Shown piece after piece: positions 38,793 to 50,700 of a DNA stretch of 64,000 nt. Source of the stretch: Phoronis australis (taxonomy: Eukaryota > Animalia > Phoronida); assembly GCA_002633005.1 (NCBI GenBank), contig NMRA01000078.1, positions 814,820-878,819 on the forward strand, in the 5' to 3' direction. The notes beneath the pieces are model-generated. The model was not told the DNA's origin. It searched no databases and saw only the letters and a program-made list of their open reading frames with translations. The number at the start of each line of letters is the position of its first letter. Positions within the stretch are counted from its first letter, which is position 1. A program made the translations under genes and the position numbers.

Positions 38793-41700
38793 TCAGCAGT
38801 AACTCTGAGGTCCTTCGATGGCCCGTAGTTCTTCCATCACCTACAAAAACATGCAACATACACAATAAAAATCTCCAATTTGGAACTGTTAAACAATCAA
38901 CGATTTTCAGTGCACAACAGCTAGCTTGACTGCCTCGATGCCAAATTGCAAATCCAGATCGGCTAACAAAATCTCGCCAAAACTGACATCAAAATCAACT
39001 GAAAAAAGTCGAGCCATACTCCGTTCTCAAAAACTTATGCTTATATCTTCAATTATTCCCCATAAAAATTATGTACCATTCAAACTCTACTGGTAACTCA
39101 ATTATTCCTGCTACTGAAGACAGAACAAAGACGATCGCATGCACTAGAGGCGTGTGTTTCACCAATCTTGCATGTTTACTTCCTATTGTAAGTTAAGCTC
39201 ATCTGATGTGTGCTGGTGTGGTGGCAAATGCACTGATTTCACAAAATAAACAGAACAATTGTGAACCAAAGGAAAAATTGGAAATTCATCAAAGTATCGA
39301 AGTAAATACAAACTTTGAAACGAACTTCGGGGGAATTATTAACTTTGATACTCGCAGTGGCCACTTTATGGCAACTTGGGGATTTTTCGCAGGTAGCCAA
39401 ACACAATCTGAGGTCACGTTGGCAACCTCCAGGTCGCCAAATCGAGCTCTGACTTTGCTTAAACTCAGAACTTTATAGAAACAGGGAATATTGGCTGTCC
39501 CAAATTCAAGTATAACAAACAAGCTGACAAAACTACTCATATTTCATTGTTTTAGTTTTCTATGTAACATGTCAATAGCAAGAAACATACCCCAAGTGTT
39601 CAGACTCTCTGGATATTTGAGAAATGAGATGAGCCCCAAAATCGCCCATGTCCCAATCTTCAGGATCAAGAATATTTGATTCCAGCCTGAATTCTGGTGT
39701 CCCAAATTTTAGAGACATCCCCAAAGTGTAGAATTGTTACCACATGTCGGCAACACAACAAACCAAGTTTGATTTAACATACAGTCCAACTGATTCAGCT
39801 GGTGTGATAAAATTTCACAATAAGTCTCAAAAAAGAGCAATTAGTTTAGTTTGATTGTCAATTTTTTCATGACCAAAGTACTGCTAGTTTTGCCCAAGCA
39901 CCACCATTAATCAATGTTTTGAAAAACTGCGAGCTTTTGCACCAATTAGAAATCACTGAAGAATGAAGAGAGTAGTTGTGGATATTGCTTTTGCCTGAGT
40001 AAAATTTTAACAAAATGGAAGGTTTCAACAGGAAATGTAATGAGGTTTAAATTAACAAAACACGAAACACAAATGCACACTACAGTGAGAGGTATTTGAA
40101 ATTTTCCACATGCGTGAAAAGAAAAAATTAAAAATGTGTTCAAATTATGCAAGCAAAACTGCAAACTAACTATTGAAATTTCCTCCATTGTTTGTGAGCC
40201 TCTCTGTTAAACGGATAAAAATAAGCATGCTAGTTGTGACCTATTACCACATAGCACTTTAAGATGCTGTGCGATCCTAAGGGAAGCAGTCATAAGTTTA
40301 CTGTTACAGGGGAACAATAAGATTGTTGTCTGCTCACCCATCCGTGAGCTACCGAGATGTGAGCATCCTAATTTTCCAGCTGTATTTAGTCGAGTACCCC
40401 TCGAGCAAAAAAAAAACAATCGGGCGAGAAAATTTCCCTACAGCCTTTAACAATACTACTCGGAAATGCAGTCCTGCGCTTTAAGCATCTACTGTCCAAC
40501 AAGCGCACCTCAAGTACTCTAGCTCTTTTCTTGGGTTTATATTTGGTTAATTTCTTGGCAATGTCCACCAATTTCTGGGCTACACCTGGTCCCCAGTCTC
40601 CAGCCGTTTTGTCCGTTAGGTTCTCCGCTAAATACTCGTGAGAATCTAGCAGGTTAGTCTGAAATGAAACCATATATACATGATGGAAGTGACAAACGGC
40701 ACATCAAATGTTGGTGTCATAAGATATGCAAATGGTACTTGAACATACCATGGTGCATTGTCATGGTATTGTAATTAGTATCTTGGTGTTAATCACTTAT
40801 AATACAGTTCCTGCACTAGTACTAGTACACGGCTTGCAATTAAAAAACACATTGTGTCATCTTCGTTTTTGTTCATGAGAATGAGTACGGTAAAAATTCT
40901 CAAATTTGGGACAGTCTCTAGAATTTGAGACACTGAAACTCCCTGAAAAATTGAATTTTATTGATTCCATGAATTTGGAAAAAAAGCGATTTTTACATTC
41001 CCTATGATATTTCTCAATTTTGGACAATGTGTTTTCAATCTAAAGAACAGGTAAATTTGCTGTCTTTTCGGTGACAGTTGAATTTGGGACGGCTAACATT
41101 TTCAATTTCTAGAATTTGAGACAAGCTCCAACCTTGAGCACAAAAATTAATTTTTCAATTTCCCAAACTGGAGAATATTTACTGTAAGCTCACAAATATG
41201 ACTGAGATAGGCGTCAGTTACTAAGATCAACGTTCAACTATGTTTTCCACAGGATAACTAAAAATAAATATCAAGACAGATACCAAACAAGCCAGATATA
41301 TAACTACCATTAGAAAATGCAACGCAGACAGACACACACTAAGATGTATGACTAAAAGTTATGCTTGAAAATGTATGATTATTTTCACGTTTCAGCCACC
41401 ATGCAGCTCAAACAGCTTACCAGTGTGTGGTCAATCCTGTCGCCGTCAAAAGAGGGCAATCCAGTCACCAGTTCCAGCAACACCTGCAGTAAAAGGATGC
41501 AGGCATCAAATATTTAAGGCACCATACAGTCCATTAAACAGTAAATAAGTGTCAATTACTCCTCAAAATTATCGCCACTTTCAATCAAGGTGAAAAAAAA
41601 GAAAGTTAACAAGGCGCAGCCGCTGCTGTATAATTAGGATACTGTTGCAACCATGGGTCACGGCCAAATACCAGTCATTAGATGGACACGTATAATTGGG

Positions 41701-44700
41701 TGGTTAGTGTTTACTGTGATGTATACATTATAAGTAATTCATCTAGTAAGCATACAATATGACAGAGCAGCAAATTTCAATATTCAATGATCATTGTTAA
41801 TAGACCTTATTCATGCAGTCACCATTCTCTTGTATCAATAGTCTCTGTGTTTAATTCCTTGTAAAATTTATTGTTACTCATTGGTCAGCTATTAGAGGCC
41901 CGTGCCTTTGTGGCCACCAAGTCATGTTTTTATATGATTAAAAAATAAAAATAAAAATTTGTTGCTCTCTCTAGAATGGGTCCCTTTGTAGGTTTAAAAA
42001 ACAATGCATTGAGATATAAAAATAACGAGGAACACAAAAAAATCCTGTTGTGCACTATGATTAAGTGCAGAACGCATTGTTTTTAAAACAAGGCGGCTCT
42101 TTGTAATATGGTGAATAATCAACATTAGAAAATAATGAAATTTCAATCTATAATTGTTAGAGTTATCACTGTGCAGAATTACAAAATGGCATTTGATAAA
42201 GTCTTGTTTCTTTGCAGCAAAGTAATCAATCTTTGAAAAATAAAAAATGTCCATTTTGACAATTTTTTGTCCCGAATTTGTGAAGAACTGGTGTGATGCA
42301 TAAACAACATAATAACGAGCAAGTTCACACTCGGTTTTAAAAGAGTAAAAGGAGAATGCCACCCAAAAAACAACCTATTTTGTAACAATTTAGATCGAGC
42401 AGTTCCACTCGATAACAACAAGTTCAGTTGTTTTACTTGACACCTAACGGCAGGTGGAAGTGTTGAAATTAACCAATGACGTAATCCGTTCGAACGCAGT
42501 CAGCCGTTCATAACACGCTTACTGGTGTCACCTTATCACCCGAATTCATCGTTTTATGCCAATAAATCATCAAAAATCGATGTAAAGCCCTTACAAATAC
42601 ATCGAGTTCTTGAACAAACGTGTTGTTTTATTTCACTGTTACGGATTTATAGGTATTAGAATGTACAGTAGCCTACAGAGTTTGCCTGTAGGCCAATTTA
42701 CCATGGTTGATCACGGGAGTTTGGGTTTGTTTGGTGATAAATTCGAATCATTGTTCCGTGAAATACAGACAGGAGAACATAGCTGTGTGTTATACTTATA
42801 GACTTGCAATTTTTTCAGTTTTAAACACACAAAACACTTGTTACTCCCCGCCAGTGGCTCAGAACCTGATCAGGCCCGTCACGGATGCTGGGACTGGACA
42901 TCACAAACATAAACCAACTTAAGTTGGAAACTAAACCTCCAGTCACAAAAAACTGTAATAGTGCACCAAAAAAATAATGTGCACGTATTTATTTAGCTGA
43001 ATTAGTCACGAAACTGAAAATCTACTCATTACGGCGTTTTCTCACTGCTCCCAACTTGTTTGATTCCATAGCTCAAAAACAAGTTGGAAAGATGACCCCT
43101 GTAGCCCATATCTTACACGACTGATTAACTCCATTCAGGCATTTATGGTTGGAGGGCCAGCTCTCTTTTGTTCGATAATCTCCAATAAGATCATATCTAG
43201 CCTGTCAGACTGGTTTGTGCTGTTAAAAATAAAAGTTAAGTTATAACATATTTGAACGTAAACCAATAGCATTTCTGAAATCCTTGTGAAATGGTGATCA
43301 TGTTTAGATTTGGAATCGCCAAAATTGCCCAACTACAATCGAAGTTATGACAATCTCTTTTTTCCGAACGCGCCCATTTGCTCTGGGTTTGATTGTGTTC
43401 ACAGGTGGTCTGTAATAAGCCTGGTAGATAATTGGCCTGCTTGTTGTCATACCAGACAAAAGACTGTGCTTGGCAGTTAACAAAGAAGCTACATGTTATC
43501 ACACACTCAATGTCTGGTAAAGTCACTGAATGGGAGAATGATGTATACTTGTCGGGGGCTGCGAAGACAGGTTCGCCTTCCACAGAACCGTCAGGGCAAA
43601 GGTTGTACCGTAACAACTATTTGAATAATGTATTTGTATATCTAAATAAAGATTCCCTAACATGTGACCATAGCATATAAAATCGAGTTATCGTTTCACA
43701 ACAGCTTTCTGTCAGCAAACACAGAATTAGCATGCGCTCACACGGCCTCGGTGACCAGTCAATTACATTAATTTTATTGCATCTAAAGCCAGTAATGCAG
43801 TGATTTATTTATTGCTGGATTCTCAATACATTTGCTCTCACGAATACTGCAAAGGCCTTACAAATTGTATTTAATGAGACAGACTTTGTTTCAGTTTTAT
43901 ATAAGCATTGGTTAGGGTGAGAATAATTCATTTTGAAACAGAAAGCAGAATAATAAACGTCTACATGGCAACTCGCCTGGCCCCAATCTGGACTTAGTCG
44001 AGAGCTCATCCGACGAAGACTTCATGGGTGGGATCTTCAGGTTTCACAGGCTATCAGTTCAAACCGGAATACACTGATCAAGAAATACTAGAGACGAGGC
44101 GCCATGAACATGCACAGGCAACGGAATGTATGGATAGTTCTTTGGTAAGCCAGAATTCGTCAGAGAAATCACTGTCGACGAAATGCCGGCCACATACACG
44201 GAGATGTTTCACGGCATCATACTTGCTATTAACAGCGTACTTTTCATTCTTCATTACCGCAAGCCACTTCCAAAGCATTTCGGGGTCTCGAGGAAGTCGA
44301 GAAAACGATATACCCGCTTTCTTTGCAGCTTCATAGTTCGGACAAGCGGGAACAATGCACCAAATTCACTCTGCAGGTGAACCACTGACGTCGCTGCATC
44401 GTTTCTCACCTTCCTCACAGGTTAACGTGACACCTCTCAGCAAAGTGAAGTTGACCGTACAAGAGGCGATGTGGATATAGACCGATTAAGACGGTAAAAA
44501 AGACTAAAGCGGGTGGCATTCTTTAAAAATTACATTAATGTAATGCAATGCAAATCAAAAAAGCTTCAATTTATGATTTTGAGAAGCAACAAGGCACTGT
44601 CAGAGACAGCAGTAATTCCCGCTGGGTGTTTTCTGTGAGCAGAATGTTTCTCTACATGTAAGCGTTAAAATTAAGAACGTTTATACTTCAAGGAAATACA

Positions 44701-47700
44701 GTCAAATTGCAAACTGCCGACTTTATGCGCTACTTTCTATTATGTTTTCTTAGCGTTTGGCTGAAATTCGATGAGAAATGTAAGGAAGAATTGAGCGCAA
44801 AACAGTTTTCTACTTCGACGGATGGATGAACAGATGGAAACATGGGGGATAAAAAGAACATCATTCTACTTGACACAGCAAAAGTGGATACCATAGTAAA
44901 ATGATATAAAACCAGAATGTGACAATACTGTACCCATCGCCACCAGAGGACATCCCAGGCTAACAAGAAAGTGAGAGACCGACCACCATATGCTTACCAC
45001 TCCAAAGCTAAATGCGTCCAGTTTGTCAGTGATAGTACCATGTATGGCCTCGGGGGCCATGTACGCTGCTGTGCCGATGACATTTGATGTCTGGAGTGCC
45101 GTCTTATTGGCTGGTCCTTGGCGCGCCAGGCCAAAGTCACCAAGTTTTGGGACAAGATCTTTATCCAACAAGACATTGGCGCTGAAATGTAGATGAATAA
45201 TGGTTCCAGCTAATTTCAACATTTTGTAGCAAATATGAGATATTTCTTTACGGAAAGTAACAAAATTTACCGAATAATACCTACAGTAAGGATCAATTCA
45301 AACTTAATTGACTGCGACTACCTCAATCTCAGTTTACTCTGTCACCAAATCAGGTCCAAAGCAAATTTTGCAGCTCACATCATTAACTGGAGTAGGCAGA
45401 CAGTATTATTGAGAATGTGTTGCATTTTCTTTTTATTGTAGAGTCACTAAATTATTAAAAGTACAGTAAGCCACGTTCCAGATTACTGATCCCATCTCAT
45501 TAGGGTGGTCAATTAAAGTTGGTCAATAAGCGAATTTGTAATAGTAACTACTTGACTAATTGATGTAATTTCCACATCCCAAATTTCACTCCACTTCCCA
45601 AATACAATTCTCCTCCTCGTGGAATTAGAAAAAAAAGACACATTTCTTCAGTGACTTACTTTTCGAAATGCAAGGCAACTGGCACACTTCTGAGCAGAGT
45701 CGGACCACATGGGTTTTCACACATTCATGTCAGCAATGCAGCTCACAATGTGACAGTGAAACTCTACTGGCATTAAGATGACGAATGCCAAACTAATTTT
45801 GATTGACAGCAGTGGTGTGACGAGTGCCCGCTTTCTTAATGGTTAACGCCACCCATAGGATTTTTTAGGAGTACATTTTTTGCAAATTTCCATGACATTC
45901 CTGCAAGTGGTTTCAGCAGATGTCGAGGTGGATAGAAAAACAGACACGATGGTTAATGAAATTGCCACTAGGAGGATTGTAATCAAAATGAGTAACAGAG
46001 CAAACTAACACTGGTGCTGCTTAAATCAAATACACAAAATAATGCAACATTAAAAATCCAAAATAAATAATTACTCATACCAATCTGACCCTACTACAAC
46101 CCTATGACCCCACAATGACCCCACAATGACCCTACTATGACCCCACCGCAGTGCCATATTACTCACCCCTTAATATCTCTATGTACTATATTAGCCTGAG
46201 AAGTATGCAGGTAGGTGATATGACCACCCTACTATGACCCTATGACCCCACAATGACCCCACAATGACCCTGCTATGACCCCACCGCAGTGCTATATTAC
46301 TCACCTCTTAATATCTCTATGTACTATATTAGCCTGAGAGGTATGCAGGTAGGTGATGGCCTCCGCTGTTCCCTTAGCAATACTGACACGTACCAACCAT
46401 GTCAGAGGAGCTGTGTTTTTCTGTCACCATGGAAATATGCAAGGAATCAGTTAAAAATGGCACAATTCAACAAGACCAAATAAAGTAAACAGTACACTGA
46501 GGAGGATTGTTGATTCAGTTCCCGATGCCATGATCCAGTTTGTGACCAGAAATACAATACAATACAACCTTTTATCCCCCATCTCAGTTATGTTTCGGTA
46601 GATATCTCACAGGCATTCCTTGACGTGTCTTCTCATAAGCAGCGGTAGACAAACGAATCATTATAATCATTGTTTTTAACTACTGTTTATTTCATATTAA
46701 AAGGATAATAATCCCTGTTTTGATGATTTCAGCTTATTGTGAAGGCAACTTTTGATTTAAATAGCAATCTAACACCATGGCTGAATATTGTTAGTGAAGC
46801 TGACATCATAATATGCTTCTCTTGTAAAGCACAGCGATATCTCAGTCATGAATAACCTTTTTTCTTGAGTTACTTGAGCCTACAAAACGCAGCCCGAATT
46901 AAAGCTTTCACGCCAACCTGCAGTCCCCAAAACACTGACGTGTGGACTTGAGTGAGAAAGAACTTTAAGACCAGTCAGCAACATTGGTCAACTGACCTTG
47001 CAGGCGAGTCTGTCCTCTAACGACCCATTGACCATGTAGGGGTACACTATGCAGAAGTGGTCCCCATCATCACTGACACCAACAATCGGCAACAAGTTTT
47101 TATGTTTGAACCTAAATGAAAACAAGATGTGAAAGACACGACCTCGTGGAAAGACATTGATTAGCAAACAGTTACGAACGACGTATAAACGAACACAGAC
47201 TGTTTCAGCTTCAGGCTTATTTAAATTTAGCTGTTTCTAATCTTGGGAGATAGTTAAGCGCTATTACTCGAGAGAACTGAGTTGAAATCCCGTCTTGGAT
47301 GGCAGACCATGAGCATAGGGTGACTCTTGCCTCCAATAGCACTCATTCATAACGCAAGAAAGAAGAGTGTTGTAAATGTGTTGAGCGCCCCCTAGTGGAA
47401 AGCAGTGCTTGGTACTCGTCAAAGCAAGAGGGAAGAGAGTGTTGTAAATGTGTTGAGCGCCCCCTCGTGGAAAGCAGTGTTTGGTACTCATCAAAAGCCT
47501 CACTAGAGATATGCATGAAAAAGGATTTTTGTTTCTTTCATAGTCAGGATAGTTTACAAATAGTGAAGATTTATGGTACTGCATTGGTTTGAAATTTGAA
47601 TGTGAGGTAGGAACCCTGCTATGTGTCTCAGATTTCAGCATCTTGCATGACTGTACCTCCTCAACTCCATGTGATTGCAAACAATGGGTTGAGTACCATA

Positions 47701-50700
47701 GATGCAAGAAACTTACAAGTAAAGCCAGTATGACTATGAGCTTCGCCAGTAGTGCATGGCAATATTTTGCAAAGACTCGTAAGATTTTGCATTTCTGTGA
47801 GTGCCACATGGCCATTAAGCTCAACTGATTTCCCTCAAGAGGGCACCATTCCAAAATGGGATCATTGTGTTTGACTCTTCTAATCATGCTTCCGGGGAAA
47901 TTTAATTTGAGACCTAGTTAAAGGCATAACAAACACTATCCGCAAGTAATACATTTCCGATAAGTTCAACATACTCCTTAAGAACGTTGAGCTCCGTCTT
48001 GAATTGACTCGTCTGGCTTTTATCAGCACAATCCAATCTTTTCACAGCTAGCATTTGGTCACCAAGGTAACCTGTAGTAAACAATACAATTTTCTGAATA
48101 TAAACCTTCTTGTGAATGACGAACATCGCAACAGCTTTGCGTAGTTGAACGAGAAATTTAAAAATAAGAAGGTGGGTGTTACTCTTCACTTTAAGAACAA
48201 ATCTTTAAGAAGCCAGTGTGAATGTGTACTCAAATGGTTGATAGGGTTAAGGCCCAGGGAGCTAGAATGACGGAGGTCAGCAAGAATGAAGTGAAAATGT
48301 ATATTAGTCTGTGACCTAGCTTTTTACGCAGCAACCACCTTTAAATTTTCAGAATGCAAACATTACCCATATAATGAGCTGACCACATGTTACTCACGCG
48401 CTGCCATTTCGGGCTTAGCTATTCACTAATTCATAAGGGGTAATAAACCATCATCATCTCAGCGGGTCCATAAACCTTTGGTTAGTTGTGTTAAGTTACA
48501 CAGTCCAACTGCATCAGTAGCATGACTAAGAGCAGGTTTGTTTTCAAAAGTCCTACTCTGTTTGAATGACATTCATCATTTACAGCACTACACAAAATTC
48601 TAAGGCACTATGCGGACTAGTTACCCTCTTCCTGCCCAAAATGCTAACTCGAATGCCTTCACTGCATTTTGAACACAAGAACGATAATTGGAAAAGGAAT
48701 ATTTCATATCTCCTTCTGTACAGAGGAGAACATGGTGTTTTCCAGTCCGATAAGGTAAGGTTCCACCGAAACTGAGATCATTACTCAATAGTAAGCGTAC
48801 TACGTACTTCTTAGGAGCTGAAATTCTGACGTGTGTTCACAAAAACAGAGGCACTTTTATGGTCACATCTTATAAACTGAGGGTGGGATGCTAGGCACAG
48901 CATGGTGCCTTAAAAGCGAAAATTTGGAAATTTCAGAGACGGGAAGTGGAACAAGTGGTATTGATCATTACATGAACCTTAAGGGATAATCTGCCGTGTT
49001 TTGAGGGGTGTGTGTTGAAGGTTTAACGATCGAGACTCACCTAAATACACCGTTGAAAATCCACCACGACCAATTAAACGGTCATTGTTGAATTTCTGTG
49101 TCATGGCTTCCACTTCACAGTATGTATAACTGTGCACTCTGTCTGCAAAATAAAAACATCAAAAATGCTGGTACAAACTCGTCCACATGACATGAAAAAT
49201 GCCGGCATCTCAAAAATTCGGAAACAACAAGGCATAACAAAAAGAAAGACCATATGTCATTCCTCAAACAAAATTCGAGACCATTTAACTTATAACTCCT
49301 CATGGTAATACCATAGATTACATAATTTAAGTCAGTAAACCCATGTGTGCACTATTTTCGATTAGGGTTGGCCAATCTCAAGAAACTCTCAAGGTTTTCT
49401 CAAGTCAAGGTTTTGAGGCTTTTATTGGCAACAGAAATGAAACTCTATCAAAGGTAAAGATCATTATGCGACTGATATTATGAGAGTAAAATGGATAATC
49501 CAATTCTCAATGCATAACCAGCTAAACAGGGCAAAATGCAGCAGTCTTTAGTCCATTCTAAAAAGCACTGGGAACTTCTGCCAGGGGGCAGCACCACAGC
49601 ATAGATTAGACACTATTATGGAAGTCTATGATCTGATTCACTTTTTTAAAACTCATTCTAGTATAAGCCAGACATACTTTTAAGATTACAAAATTTCAAG
49701 TTGAAAGAAGAAACCAATCATTGCAACAGAATTCCTGAGATGCACACCAAATATTGAGAAACAGGCAAAAAAGAAAATTTCGAAATAACAAACTCTGCAC
49801 ATTTTAGGGTGATTTTTATGCAATTGGATTGTCTTAATTAAAAACCGGACGATCACCGCTGGTGATGACCAGCTACTGACCAGCTACTGACCAGTTACTG
49901 ACTACATTCTATGTATCTCTCACTTCACTCTATGGATGTTACCTGAGCTGTATGTTGGCACTTGTTGTCCTAAATTGTTGTAAATATGATCCTGATGATG
50001 TCTAATGAAAAGACGAAACGTTGAATTGAACATGAACTTTCTTATTTGTGTGGCGATCGTCCGGTTTTTAATCTTATTGTGGCCAAAAACTGATTGTCTA
50101 AATTAGCCTAGTAGGTTATGTGCACTATATTACACGACAGACATTTAACTTTTTGTCACCACAAATGACTTTACGTAACGATTGCAGGTACTGGAACACA
50201 TTCCTTTCTTTGAGTAAACTCTACTCTTAGCAATTCCTCAATGAACAATTTGAAAAAATAACTTAGTACTGAACACTGTTATTTCAGAGTTCACTGCAAC
50301 AGAAAATTCAAACTCCTTACGAAATTCATGAACATGTTTCAGAATCCATGTCCAACCTTTGGTGCAAAAATTTCAAACTCGCAGCACAGGTTTTCAAACT
50401 GGACACAATTAAGTCGACAAGACGGGTGTGACAAGTCAAAACAGGAAGTGGAGTCATTGAGCTAGGTGGCGCAAAGGAACTGCCATTTTACTGCATCCAC
50501 AGTTGGATTTTGAAATTATTTCAACTATAAACGCCACAGACGGGAGATATAATTTGATTAATTGTAAAATTTTACAAGAACATGTTACTTTGCTTAATGT
50601 ATACTTCCCAAACGAAACAAGAAAACAACTTGACTTTGTGGAAAGGTTGGGCAATGTAGTATTCAAAACTGCTCATGATATTAATATTCTATGCGCAGGC

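Noticed and set aside
47264-47887. 207-aa ORF in an IRAK4 intron
   Set aside because: No recognisable domain, partly made of the 71-bp duplication, and the flanking kinase exons already join in phase.
49943-49969. 27-nt phase-symmetric IRAK4 microexon (ag|...CAG|gtaaca)
   Set aside because: It lies inside the Penelope-like insert and has a poor pyrimidine tract. It cannot be supported without RNA data.
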